The notes beneath the pieces were generated by a model. The model was not told the DNA's origin and did not search any database. It was given only the letters and a program-made list of their open reading frames with translations. A stretch of 64,000 nt of DNA. It comes from Octopus vulgaris (taxonomy: Eukaryota). This document shows, in pieces, positions 24,641-37,521 of the stretch. The translations under genes were made by a program, and so were the position numbers. The DNA lies in NCBI GenBank assembly GCA_951406725.2, contig OX597839.1:10230001-10294000 (forward strand). Reading direction: 5' to 3'. The number at the start of each line of letters is the position of its first letter. The stretch's first letter is position 1.

Positions 24641-25456
24641 TACATATATGCACACACATATATACATGTATACACACGCGCATGTATGTTTGTGAATGTA
24701 TATATATATATATATATGTATTTATATGTAACTACATTATCTATGGTATGTGAGAGAAACCCCCACTGCGATCAAAGAGAAAATTTTAAAAGGATTCGTG
24801 CATTGTCGAAAAGAATAATTTCAAGTATCACTTTCTGCCGATAGCATCGCTCTGAGGGTAATTACCTCAGTTAATGAGGTAACCCACTGTTTGACCACCC
24901 TAGTAAACCAAATTACCACGTGACTCACCCCATTTTTTACGTAATGTCGGCCGTCACCCGATACGGGATAGAAAGCAGTTTGGTATTATTGAGGTCGTTC
25001 GACCTACAAGGAATGGAATAGCAGCCCCGGAATCATGTTTGTTTGTAATGTATATGTTTTTAAATAATACAACCAGAGCATGACGGGCCTCAACTCAAAC
25101 CCTTTTTTGGGGCCTTGAAAGTTTGTGGAAAGAAGGGAGAAGGTTATTCTTAATCCGGAGGTTTGTCTCGAATCTTTGCAACTCTTGGATTTTGTTGAAG
25201 TCACCTGAAGGAGTCTGGATTGTGGTGTTCTTAAACCGGATGGCAGATTTATTCTGTTAGCCAAGGGTAGAAGAAGCACAGTCCACCTTGACAGGGTTCC
25301 ACGCAGCTCCGATGGGAGACGATTGCCCAAGGTACCACATGGTGCGCTCGAACACGAAACCAGGAAACGACGCATCCATTTCTTGAGGAATCCTCTTAGT
25401 AATCGTTCGGCCTGCTAAAAATAACAGCTAAATATCACTCAAATCACACTACCTAT

Positions 25457-25679
25457 TTCTTTACTACCCACAAGGGGCTACACACAGAGGGGCCAAACAA
25501 GGACAGGCAAACGGATTAAGTCGATTATATCGACCCCAGTGCGGAACTGGTACTTATTTAATCGACCTCGAAAGGATGAAAGGCAAAGTCAACCTCGGCG
25601 GAATTTGAACTCACAACGTAACGGCAGCCGAAATACCGCTAAGCATTTCGCCCGACGTGCTAACGATTCTGCCAGCTCG
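25457..25679 (-). mobile_element. SINE family B with a 20-bp TSD
   Basis: actcaaatcacactacctat flanks both sides (25437-25456, 25680-25699). Confidence 0.9.
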
Positions 25680-26040
25680 ACTCAAATCACACTACCTATC
25701 GTATTGACGGGGCTGATTTCTTCCGGAAAAAAAAGAGAGAGAAGATCCGACCCCACGACTGACCCACAAGAGGATGAAAGGCAAAGTTGCTCTCGATGAG
25801 ATCTGATCGATCTCAGAGCACAGATAGCCAAAACGAATATCGGGTAGCATTTTATCTGACCTTCAACAATTCTCTCAGTTCACCATCATCAAGAAATACA
25901 TGTACAATATCTTACGTTTATGCATTTGCTTTGCAAGGTTCTTGATGTGAAATCGTGTGTTGAAACAGATATTGTTATATTTGGGGATGGTCGCATTTTG
26001 CCAATTAAAGACACTTCAGATTTGTTATTATTTTATTTTG

Positions 26041-26222
26041 TTTTTGTCAAAGCTCTTTTGTCATACATCCCGTGACCTCTTCATCGACTCTATCCCACGT
26101 GTCTCCTCTCGTTCTGCTTGCTACAGAAAGACAAAATGGAATAAGCAGAACAAGAGAAGACAGGTGGCATAGAGAGTGAATGAAGAGGTTACAGGATGTG
26201 TGACGAAAGAGCTTTGACAAAA

Positions 26223-26225
<3 letters not shown>
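26041..26225. mobile_element. Small MITE-like inverted repeat
   Basis: About 50-bp imperfect arms: tttttgtcaaagctctttt..catcc..gtgacctcttcat / atgaagaggttacaggatg..aaagagctttgacaaaaa. Confidence 0.65.
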
Positions 26226-26287
<62 letters not shown>

Positions 26288-26654
26288 GCCCTGATGCAGT
26301 ACCAGGCAGTGGCTCTCATGGCTTCTGATCTTAACTGATTGGAAGTGTTATTATGTACACTGTTTTGTCTTGGTATAAAAGATGGGCTACAGCAAATATT
26401 CTGCTCAATACCACAGATTTGCTTGTCAGTTGTTTGACCATAACCAGTTGAACATGTCCCTTTGTGGCTGACGATTTGTACATCTCTGATCACGAGCAGA
26501 AGTAGTGGGGCAGCATCATGGCCGTGTGTTGAGATCAGCAGCAGCAACTCGTTATTCTATCCTTTGCTTTCTTCTATTTCGTATATCTTCTCTTTTTTTC
26601 TGATACAACTTTCTAAGTTTCTTGTTGATCTTGTTTGTTTTGCAGTTGCTGTAG

Positions 26655-26860
<206 letters not shown>

Positions 26861-27509
26861 GTTGTAGTAGTAGTGGTTGTTGCTATTGTTGCTGTCTTCG
26901 ACGTCGTCGTCATCGTCGTCGTTACTGTCGACTAGAAAAGTTAAAAATTATGAATCAGAAAAAAATTTGAAAATGGCGTCCTAAAACAATACGTTTTCAC
27001 AATTGTGTTTCATATCGTGAGACACAAAGACGAAGACGAACTATCGGTATTGTCAGGGGACGGTGTTTTTTTTTTGGAGGAGAGAAGAGGTGAGGAGAAC
27101 CTGTTTATCTTGCTTTACACATGTCAATTTGATTGCTCTGCGCAGTGGTTTTTCAGTTCAAGGGCCAACGTTTAAAAAGCTTGTCTTCAAAACCTGACCT
27201 CATAGCATTTATATTTTCAATTGGCACTTTTTAGTCTCTATACCACTGTTGTTGCTGTTGTTGTTTTCGTGTATATTTTACCGTTGACTGTTTCCTGGTG
27301 ATTTCCCCCCTCTCCTCCCTCCAATATGGAATATGTCTCAGTGCTTATCACAAGCGCTCTTTCACGTCACTCGCTGACATGAAAGCGGTTGAGTGACGAC
27401 GACACGACAGCTGCCTGTTTCAACTAAAGCTTTCACCTGACAAACTATCTGCTCTTTGATAGAAGAGATGATTTGGCAAATCTGTTGCGACAGAAGAGGT
27501 CACTTTAAC

Positions 27510-28272
27510 CTATTCCCATATTAATTGACATTCCTCCATATTTCCCCACATTTCCTCACATTTCTCCATATATCCTTTTATTTCCCATATAACCCCAAAT
27601 TTCCCCACATTTCTCAATATTTTCCCGAATTTCGCCATATTTCCCGTTCTTTCGTTTCCATCTATATTTCCCCATATTTCCCCATATATCTCCATATCCC
27701 TCTTCATATATTTCTTCTCCATATTTCCTCATATTTCCCCACCGTGTTTCCCTATTTCTTCTATATTTCCCCATATTTCCCCATATATCTCCATATTCCT
27801 CCACATTCCCTCTTCATATTTCTTCTCCATATTACCTCATATTTCCCCACCGTATTTCCCTATTTCTTCTACATTTCCCCATATTTCCCCATATTTCCCC
27901 ATATATCTCCATATTCCTCCATATTACCCACCACACACACATTTCTTCATATTCCTTCTCCATATATCCTCATATTTCCCCACCGTGTTTCGCTATTTTT
28001 TACATTTTCCCATATATGTCCATATTCCTCCGTATCCCCTCTCCATATTTCTTCTTCATATTTCCTTATAATTCCCCACCGTGTTTCCCTATTTCCATTA
28101 CATTTCCCAATATTTTCCCATATTTTCTCGTTTCACGATATTTCCCCTCATTTCCCATATTTCTCAATATTTCCCTATTTCCTTATTCTACCCAGCTACA
28201 TTCCCCAATATTCCTAATATCTTTCCACATTTCCTCACATTTCCCCACATTTCCCCATATTTCCCTATATTT
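27510..28272. repeat. Degenerate roughly 10-bp (TTTCCCCATA) minisatellite with higher-order blocks
   Basis: Repeated tttccccata/tttctccata units. The block atatttccccaccgtgtttccctattt recurs about every 110-120 bp. Confidence 0.85.
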
Positions 28273-29007
28273 CTTTGTCCACCAGCGACAATATATGTGA
28301 AATTATATCGAAACAATTATACCAGGGGCTGATGCTAAACGCTTCGTCACACATCCGACCATTCGCCTCTAATTAGCTCTCTGTGCACGTTAACCTCACC
28401 TCCACTCCATCGGTTTGAATGTGCTGCCCACCTCCGGCGTAGATCCGATGCAGAATTGCCAGTCCCTCACCTTCTTGTTTATACTGCTAGCTAAGAACAA
28501 GAAGAGCAGTTTCTGCGAGGACTAGCTTCTGAATAGTTTGTCTACGAAATTTCTCCTTATAAATCTTTGGACTAAGCGTGACGATAGTAAATCGCAGTTT
28601 AGTCGCCAGTTTAGTCGCAGTGTTGCTGTGCAGTGGGATTGAACCTTAAACCACATCTTTTATCTTTTCCTTGTTTCAGTCATTAGTCTGAAGAATACCT
28701 ATTCTATCGGTCTATTTTGCTGAAACCCTAGCTAACGGGGATGCAAACATCAAAGCCAGTTGTCAAGCGATGGTGGGAGACAAACACAAACCCACAGACA
28801 TACGCAGACACACAGTCAGACACAGACACACACACGACTAGCTTCTTTTAGTTTCCGTCTACCAAATCCACTCAACGCTTTGGTCGGTACTGAACCTAGA
28901 GCTATGTGTTAGGGAAGCAAGCTTCTTAGCACACAGCCACGCTTGCGCTTATAGTTATGAAGTTAACATCTTGACAACATCTACCTGCCTGTGTCCATTA
29001 TCTGAAT

Positions 29008-29219
29008 TACAAAGTGTACTGAAATGTTCCTGGCCTTGGGCAAAAGAAAGTACAGGCGGATCAGTTAATTATGATTTTATTCAACATATTCCAATCTCAA
29101 ACACTTACTGTAGTGGTCCTTCAGCTTTTCGAAACCCTGTAAAAGAACTCGGAAGTCTAGGCTTCCAATCAGGCCTTTTGCGATATCATTAAAGCCATAA
29201 ACTTTTCAGCACCCCATCA
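29008..29219 (-). mobile_element. Mariner-derived MITE, decayed
   Basis: Imperfect TIRs (gtactgaaatgttcctggcctt / aaagccataaacttttcagcac). The minus strand retains a mariner-like terminal ...EYVE* (ggaatatgttgaataa). Confidence 0.55.
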
Positions 29220-29428
29220 TTCCAGAACGTTTCCGAAGACATACATAAAGGATGAGGAATTTGAAGGGACCGTACAAAGCCCAGGTTTTGTGATACAACA
29301 CGATCAGAATTTAAACCGCATTTTGAGCATGTAGTTAGGAAATGAGCTTTTTAAGTACATATCCATGCTTTAGTCTATAAGCTATCCACTCAGTCAAATG
29401 ATACACACTTTTATTGGTTATTAGTTGT

Positions 29429-29790
29429 GGCACTCCGTCGGTTACGACAACGAGGGTTCCAGTTGATTCGATCAAAGGAACAGCCTGTTTATGAAATTAA
29501 CGAGCATGTGGCTGAGCACTCCACTGACATTTGTACCATTAACGTAGTTCTCGGGGCGATTCAGTGTGACAAGGCTGGCCCTTTGAAATACAGGTACAAC
29601 AGAAACAGGAAGAAAGAATGAGAGAAAGTTGTAGTGAAAGAGTACAGCAGGGTTCGCCACCATCCCCTGCCGGAGCTTCGTGGAGCTTTTAGGTTTTTTC
29701 GCTCAATAAACACTCCCAGCGCCTAGACTGGGAATCGAAACCGCGATCCTACGACCGCTAGTCCGCTGCCCTAACCACTGAGCTTCCACC
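29429..29790 (-). mobile_element. SINE family C, near full length
   Basis: Reverse homolog of 3998-4382, with possible TSD ttagttgt. Confidence 0.85.
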
Positions 29791-30214
29791 TTTAGTTGTA
29801 CATATGCACACATTCATGCCGTTACCTATAAGATATCTGCCCGACCACCTGATATTGACGTTCAGTGGCCATTGCTTGTATAGAAGCACACATCCATGTC
29901 TTCACCTAAGATCTCTATTCGGCCAAATAGCATAGGCGTTATTGGTGCGACCATTGGTTGCACATAAACGTATAGCCATGTCTTCACCTATAAACTATCT
30001 GCCCGACCAATTGGTACAAACGTATGGTGGCTATTGGTTGCACATAAGTGTATAACCTATTTACACGGCGTTATTGTAAACATCTTGAAACAGTTGTTTT
30101 CTCTCTTCCTCCCTCTCACCTCTCTCTTTCCCTCTTCTCTTTCCCTCCTGTCTCTTTCTCTCGTCTCTTATCCTCCTCTCTCTCCCTCTCCTGCGTCTCT
30201 CTTTCAATCCCCCC

Positions 30215-30250
<36 letters not shown>

Positions 30251-30278
30251 AAGGATTTTCTCCGAAAATTCAATATTT

Positions 30279-30503
30279 TTTATTATTTTTTTTATTGCCC
30301 ATAAGGGGCTGAACATAGAGAGGACAAACAGATTAAGTCGATTATATCGACCCCCAGTGCGTAACTGGTACTTAATTTATCGACCCCGAAAGGATGAAAG
30401 GCAAAGTCGTCCTCGGCGGAATTTGAACTCAGAACGCAGCAGCGGACGAAATAACACAAAGCATTTCGCCCGGCTTGCTAACGTTTCTGCCAGCTCGCCG
30501 CCT
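30279..30503 (-). mobile_element. SINE family B with a roughly 23-bp TSD
   Basis: ttttctccgaaaattcaatattt occurs on both flanks. Confidence 0.9.
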
Positions 30504-31045
30504 TTTTTCTCCGAAAATTCAATATTTGCTTGTCTGCCTCCTTCCCACCTCTACTTGGCGAACGAACTTATCCAAATTTCCGATCTAAAATTCTAGTAAG
30601 TGCCAGTCGAAATGTCTGTGTGAGCGACTTTATCCTTTCCTCATCTGAGACGGCTTTATTGCTATCACTACCACTACACGGACACACATTAATATCGGTT
30701 ATCTCAAACGAATCACAGTGCTTGGAAGTGCTTACAAAATATTTCTCCTCATGCAAAACTATTTCTCCTCTTTTGTTTCTCCTCCTTTTCTCCTCTTCCT
30801 CCGCCTCTTCTTCCGCCAGGCATCTCTTCCTCTTCCTCCCCCTCCATTGCCTCGTGTCATGATATAATTAATAGAATAGAACTGCTTAAGTATTTTTTTC
30901 TTTCTTCGTTTTGTAATAGTATTTTTTCGCCAGAAGAGGAATTAGACAACTTGGAGAGTTAGGATAAAGGGAAGTTAATGTGAAAATATAATTGCAGGCG
31001 CGGATGTTAGTTCCCAACCTAGTGGTTTCGGGTTCGCTCCCGCTG

Positions 31046-31419
31046 GGATCTTTTCGGTTTGAACGGCAGTTTTTTCTAGCGGTGTCATATGAAATTGTCA
31101 CCCATAATTATGACCCTAGTATCGATCTATTGCATTTAAATCTGTTTTAGGTTTGGGGTTAGTTAGGGTTAGGGGTGGGGGAAGGGTATCTTTTTTTTCT
31201 TCCCAAATGTAAATAAACCCAATTTGTTTCTTAAACGTGGGACATATTCATACGGCACAGAATGCTTTTTAACTCAATAGACGTCACTGATTGGTTGAAA
31301 TTGCAGAAATTGAAGAAAAAAACAACAAATATCTTACAAATGACCAGTATACGAAGTTTAAAATGTTTTAGTGACCTACAAATTAATGTTAAAAACTGCC
31401 GTTCAAACCGAAAAGATCC
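31046..31419 (-). mobile_element. GGATC-TIR MITE nested in a family A SINE (about 30995-31720)
   Basis: Both TIRs present, internal deletion, short flanking repeat ccgctg. The SINE head lies upstream and its body downstream. Confidence 0.85.
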
Positions 31420-32171
31420 CCGCTGACTTCTACTATAACCCCGGGCCGAGCAAAGCCTCGTGAGTGGATTTGGCGGACGGAAACTGTAAGTACTGTGTCA
31501 TATGTGTGTACGTTTATGTGGTTGTCTTTGTCTAAGACACCACTTCATAACCGGTGTTAGTTTGTTTACACTCCCATAACTTAGCAGTTCAACTCAATTG
31601 ATCGATAGAATAAGTACCAGGATTAGAAAGATAAGCACTAGGGTCGATTTGCTCGACTAAACCCCTTTCAAGACGGGTGCCCCAATATGGCCGCAGTCCA
31701 ATGACTGAAACAAGTGAAAACACAAAAGATAGCAACAGCAACAACAACGACAACAACAACAAAATTAGCAACAGGGAATATCAACAACATCAAGTAAAAA
31801 CTAGAGTAATAACTGGGTGGGCCAGGTCGCTAACAGGGAAGTTCTTGTCGTTGGTGGTGGTCGTGTTACCGAGGTGTCAGATGGTGCACGTGACGGTGTT
31901 TGGCTGTTCCAACACCTTAGCCACGCCATCGCTCGTGGTAGTGCCGCGAGTGGTAGTGCTTGGTTCAGTAGGTTCCGTTGGACCTTGTGGTGTGCGACCA
32001 GTTGAAGCATTTAATGTTGAAATGATGTTTTTTCACTTCTTTTTCTTTCCTTCTTCCTCTTTTTCTTCTGTTTCTTTCTTCTTTTTCTTTCCCTTTCCTA
32101 GCTTGTATTTCGTTTGTATTTCCTTCTGTTTTGGATTTGTATTTTAAATTGGTTCGTATTATATATATATA

Positions 32172-32439
32172 TCACGACCAGACCATCAGATGTTGTTACA
32201 CATCGATGGTCACAATGCGTTCGCATTGTTTTAGCCTTCGAATGACGCCACCCCGCTGGCTAAGCGAGCAGGCCAACAGAAGAAAGAGTGGGAGAAAGAG
32301 TGGTGAAAGAGTACAGCAGGGATCACCCCCCCCTGCCGGAGCCTCGTGGAGCTTTTAGGTGTTTTCGCTCAATAAACACACACAACGCCCGATCCTGCGA
32401 CCGTGAGTCCGCTGCCCTAACCACTAGGCCATTGCGCCT

Positions 32440-32443
<4 letters not shown>
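32172..32443 (-). mobile_element. SINE family C
   Basis: Reverse head ...aaccactaggccattgcgcctccac, with a tail like that of 22978. Confidence 0.85.
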
Positions 32444-32516
<73 letters not shown>

Positions 32517-32552
32517 GATTGATCAAAATAAAAACATGATGCGAAGGACTCA

Positions 32553-32630
32553 GCGGTACATATGTTTCGGGCCTTTATTAGACAGATTTATAACAATGCA
32601 TAATGTATGTCTGTGGCCTTCTTCAGCCGC
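32553..32630 (-). ncRNA. Type-I hammerhead ribozyme, sense to the PLE ORF
   Basis: GCGG-CTGAAGA-AGGCC[extended stem II]GGCCC-GAAAC-ATAT-GTA-CCGC, with palindromic stem III ACATATGT. Confidence 0.8.
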
Positions 32631-34454
32631 GCACAACAGCTTCCACAAGGACATGTGTTACATCAAAAATTCTTGGTTGGGGATGCAAATCCTCTCCTTC
32701 GCGTACGACATAATGCGGCAGCAGCATAGAATTGAAGCGTCCATCTCTTTCTTCTCTCAATGTAGAATGAGGAAATTTGGATGTTGAAGTAATGTAAATA
32801 AATAAATACATATATAGACGTGAAGATGGAGGGGCGAGAATTGAGGACGAGGGATAAGAAATGTATAAAAAGTGTAAGTATAGAAAAATATAAAAATGTA
32901 GAGCATAAAGATATAAAGAGATATAAGGAGATGTAAGGGGGTATAAGGAATATAAAGAAATATAAAGAAATATAAATAAATGTAAAGGCATAAGGTTATA
33001 AAGTAAAAATAGAAATAGAAATAAAAGTAAAAAGTAAAAAAATAAAGATAGGAATAAACATGATAAAAATATAAAAAAATATAAAGATAAGGGATGTATA
33101 GAGGTTACGGACCAAACATGGTGGTCAGGAGATTGATAAAATTTAGTTGTAGAAGTTTTGGGTGTCAATAAATCAACAGTTTCGTCTGGGGACCTAATGT
33201 GTTGTAAATCAGAGCTGTTGAGCGTTTAATCTGGTTCTTTGAATTAATTGGTCATCTAGTACATACATACCATCATGGATACATACACCCATATACACGC
33301 GTACATATACGCCTCCAAGCCTATAAGCATACACACGCACTCGCGTGTAAACATGTACATAAACACACACACACACCCACACGCACGCGCGTACATATAC
33401 ATACATACAACAGAATATCCGCATGTATACACGGACACTATACGTGTACACACCCATATGTACATACGTGCGCCCATCCCTACATACACATACGCATATG
33501 CCCACGCTTCCAGGTTTAGATATAAGATATTAAAGGATGTATATAAGAACGTATGTAAAGAATCACGCACTCACGTCTACACGTGCACGCACACACGGCT
33601 GTGTGTCCATATGTGCGTGCACATATACGCTTACATACACACACAGAGACATACGCGCATATGGGTATAGCTATAAGATATTAAAAGATGTATACAAATA
33701 GGTGTAAACATATGAATATAAGAAAACATGTAAAAAAAGAAATACGGGGTATGCACATCCAGACGTAGATGTTTACTCGTACATATGTACATATATGTAT
33801 ACGTATACATACGTACACGGACGCTCGTATAATCATAAAGTGGATCCATAGGTAAGTAAATAAGGGATAAGCAAAAAAAATAGACATATATAGAGATGTA
33901 AAGCGATAAGTTAGGGGTAAGAATGAGGGTAAGGGTAAAAATTAGAAATAAAAGTAAGAAATACAGTATAAAATAAGAAATACAATGTAATAGTTAGAAA
34001 TGAAATATAAAAGTTATAAAAATTATAAGAGTTAAGGTAAGGGATGAAAATTAAAATGAGAATAAATGGAAGTAGAATAAAAGTAAAAATAAAAGTAAAA
34101 ATAAAAATAAAATAAAATAAGATAAAAATATAATTTGGTAAAGTTTAACATGAGATGAAGGTGGTTGAAAGTTAGAGGTGTGTGTTAAAGGTGCCCACGT
34201 AGGGGCGGGCGGGGGGAACTGAAAATTGGAAGGGTGGGAAGTGGAGTTTGGCGGTGTGCGTTCAACATCCGAGTTAGAAATGTGAAAGGGTATAGATATA
34301 GGGAAATAAAGAGACTATATAGGAAGGATATGGGTGTAGGAGAAGAAATATGTAGGGAAAAGAAGTCATATATGGGAGACAAAATTTGTATATATAGGAG
34401 GAAAATGCAGGGAAACATATATGCACATACACACACCCACACACACACACACGC

Positions 34455-34486
<32 letters not shown>

Positions 34487-34623
34487 GCGTACACATATGT
34501 GCACATACATATATATACGCACACATATACGCATATACACGCACATATAGGAAAGCGGGATGTGCTGGAGCCGACAGGTTGCACCGGGTGGGAGGAAATT
34601 GCATGGGGGAGTTGGTATAAAAC

Positions 34624-35622
34624 CTAAGCTTTGTAGTATTTGAAAGTATTAATAAGTTTGTGTATACAGGATGGTTTGAACTCTGACCTTTTGTTAATAA
34701 GATTGTGTTTGTCTTTGAATTTCAAGATGTTCAGGAGTTCTACACAACATAGTTGGCATCCTGCTCTATTATTTAAATAAGGTGCAGCTGATCCGATGAT
34801 GGACCACCTGAGTTTGAAGCCTATGCATTTGTCTTTTAATTCCCAAATTCTTTTAGAAAGGGAGGTGCTGTTAGCCTTATGTCTGTGTTTCAGCGAGGAC
34901 CGGTGGTTGTAGTATCTGGATTTCCAGGAGGTTGAGCAACCTATGTAGGTGAGTGTGTTAAACTGGGTACTCACCTCACATGAATATATTACGTTTTTCG
35001 CCCTACATGCGCCCTGCAGCGGGCACTCTGATGCACATCTGCAGTTGCATTGCATTGCATTATTCGGTCGTGTGCTGCTAATCCCAGGCGGAGGTGTTGC
35101 AATACGAGTGGGGGCGTTGATATCCTCCTGGTTGTTGATGGGTGTAGTATTTCCTCTGTTGTGTTGGCGGGTGTTATTACTAACTGTTTGGGTAGTATGG
35201 CTGCCAGTCTGGTTATATTGTCTACTATCTAGATGAGGGGGGTTCTGTTGGTCGCTATAGTTTGCTCTTGATCTAGCTGTTCTAATATTAATATAGTTAT
35301 GTTTAGCTATGAGGCAGCTCATGTTGGGCAGGGTAGAGTAGGAAATCCTAATGGTTTTGTTGGAGAAGATACTTCTATACTTGTGGGTGGGTGGGAAGTT
35401 GTTGGAAATGATAGAGAATATTCTCTTACATAACTTACCCCTAACTGCTAAGTTGTAAGGTATGTTGAACCATATATATTTGCGTAATCTACTATTATCC
35501 CTTCTATTTCTCCTAATAGGATCTATATTGCTCTCGTCGGGAGGGTTACTATTGTGTGCTAACACATGTAACACATGTCCTTGTGGAAGCTGTTGTGCGC
35601 GGCTGAAGAAGGCCACAGACAT
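34624..35622 (-). CDS. PLE RT-thumb/linker plus GIY-YIG endonuclease, no RT core (332 aa, uninterrupted)
   Basis: IWFNIPYN...FPPTHKYRSIF...ISYS linker; CNCRCASECPLQGAC Cys cluster; VIY..YIG..R..H, CQLCCVE and NKRSE GIY-YIG motifs. The first about 19 codons come from the inverted repeat. Confidence 0.85.
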   Translation of the reverse strand: MSVAFFSRAQQLPQGHVLHVLAHNSNPPDESNIDPIRRNRRDNSRLRKYIWFNIPYNLAVRGKLCKRIFSIISNNFPPTHKYRSIFSNKTIRISYSTLPNMSCLIAKHNYINIRTARSRANYSDQQNPPHLDSRQYNQTGSHTTQTVSNNTRQHNRGNTTPINNQEDINAPTRIATPPPGISSTRPNNAMQCNCRCASECPLQGACRAKNVIYSCEVSTQFNTLTYIGCSTSWKSRYYNHRSSLKHRHKANSTSLSKRIWELKDKCIGFKLRWSIIGSAAPYLNNRAGCQLCCVELLNILKFKDKHNLINKRSEFKPSCIHKLINTFKYYKA

Positions 35623-35676
35623 ACATTATGCATTGTTATAAATCTGTCTAATAAAGGCCCGAAACATATGTACCGC
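35599..35676 (+). ncRNA. Type-I hammerhead ribozyme (inverted copy)
   Basis: Exact reverse complement of 32553-32630. Confidence 0.8.
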
Positions 35677-35837
35677 TGAGTCCTTCGCATCATGTTTTTA
35701 TTTTGATCAATTTACTCCACCACCTACACCACCAAACGGTATACACAGGTGCTTATAATTATCAAGTACTCACCCCGAATTTCTATACTCAACTCCCGGT
35801 GTGGCTAATAAAGAAACATATATATATATATATATAT

Positions 35838-36130
35838 TTGAGACTCCCTTCGGTCATGACTGACCATGGGATTGCACCTAGAATGTTACCCTCCCAGGCA
35901 CAAGTCCGGGCAATGATGTCTATGGAAGACCAGCAGTCGCCCATGCATACCAGCCTCCCCTCTCCACACCACTGATGTTATCCAACTCATTTCTACAGCT
36001 GAGTGAACTGGAGCAACATGAAATAAAGTGTCTTGCTCAACAACTCAACACGCAGCCCGGTCCGGGATTCGAGCTCACAACCTCACGATCATAAGCTCGA
36101 CGCTCTAACCACTGAGCCATGCGCCTTCAC
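35838..36130 (-). mobile_element. tRNA-derived SINE, family D
   Basis: Minus strand reads GTGAAGGCGCATGGCTCAGTGGTTAGAGCG...CTCGAATCCCGG...TTGAGCAAGACACTTTATTTC. A diverged relative lies at 45820-45940 (+). Confidence 0.8.
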
Positions 36131-37159
36131 ATTGGTTATTATTTTATATATATATATATATAATTATTATCTTTGTTGGTAATAAAATTTCTTGTGAATA
36201 TAGCATTAACAAAAGCAGTAACCACAAACAACAACAGCAGCAACAACAACAACCGCAGTAACAAGAACAATAAAACACAAGAAACAACAACAATAATCCT
36301 TTCTAGTATAGGCACAAGGCCGGAAATTTGGGATGCTAGTCGTTTACATTGCACACCGCGCCACCTAGATTTGGACTGGTACTTATTTTATCAACTCCGA
36401 AAGAATGAAAGGCAAAGTCGACCTCGACGCTTTCCATGAATTAAGACGCGCTTTCCACGATTTAAGAAATCTTTTCACGTAACTAGTTTTCCTTTCATGG
36501 GTCGAGGGATGTTTCTGTTAGTTTTAGCCACAAGTTATTTCACCAAAGATCGTTGTTTTGTGAAATTTTTGAAGGAAAACAATCCCTGCAATCAATTAAG
36601 ATGTCCCCTGGAAGTAAAAAAAGAGAAAAAAAGGAAAAATACATTCTAATATATATAATTCATAATTCCACTTCAAAACTATCTGTTTCTCTGTTGTTCT
36701 ACAAAGCATGGGGAACGCCTCCATTTAAACAGTAGCTCCTAAGGGAAAGCTTGTATGTCGAATTGTTCTGGAAACTTTGCTGTTAAATGTTAGTTAGGGA
36801 ATTCATCCAAGTCACAGCTCACTCGTCAAGTAGATAGAAATGTAAGATCTCCATAAAATGAATGTCAATAAAGATAAAAAGATTATAATCACAAGAACAA
36901 CACAGAGCAAAAACAGTACGGCAGTAGTAAATATACCGGAAGCTGTCAACTGAGCAAGACGCCATTTTGATTTTATGTGCACGAGAACCAAGGGCGTCAT
37001 TAAATAATTCAAGGAGTGATTCTCTCCTTTCTTTTATTGTATTTTTCTTTTTCTATTCTTTTCTCCCACTCTCCATCTATCTCAGTTTGTTATTCTCCAG
37101 TGATAGTACTTCCACCACGACCATAACCACTGCTTTAATCCCTCCACTGCGTCTGATTA

Positions 37160-37244
<85 letters not shown>

Positions 37245-37249
37245 GTCCG

Positions 37250-37348
<99 letters not shown>

Positions 37349-37436
37349 GTCTGTCTGTCTGGCTGTCTGTCAATCTATCTATCTATCTGTCTGGCTGTCT
37401 GTCAATCTATCTATCTATCAGTCTGGCTGTCTGTCA

Positions 37437-37520
<84 letters not shown>
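37160..37520. repeat. (ATCT)n/(GTCT)n array
   Basis: Seen directly. Confidence 0.95.

Positions 37521-37521
<1 letters not shown>

Larger units (their letters stand above)
32518..35711 (-). mobile_element. Penelope-like element (PLE), 5'-truncated, with an inverted terminal copy of its 3' end
   Basis: Perfect 146-bp inverted repeats (32518-32663 / 35566-35711) containing an HHR, a GIY-YIG ORF, a 2-kb low-complexity 3' region, and a 3' end abutting (TA)n. Confidence 0.9.

Noticed and set aside
25004-25375. 123-aa ORF in complex sequence
   Set aside because: No recognisable motif, and its start overlaps a decayed SINE-like patch (ttgcccaaggtaccac).
27525-28332. 230-aa F/P/H/I/S-rich ORF
   Set aside because: It is the translation of a degenerate 10-bp minisatellite.
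32518-35711. Reading the element as a TIR DNA transposon
   Set aside because: There is no DDE transposase or TSD; the ORF is a PLE GIY-YIG and the inverted ends contain PLE-type hammerheads.
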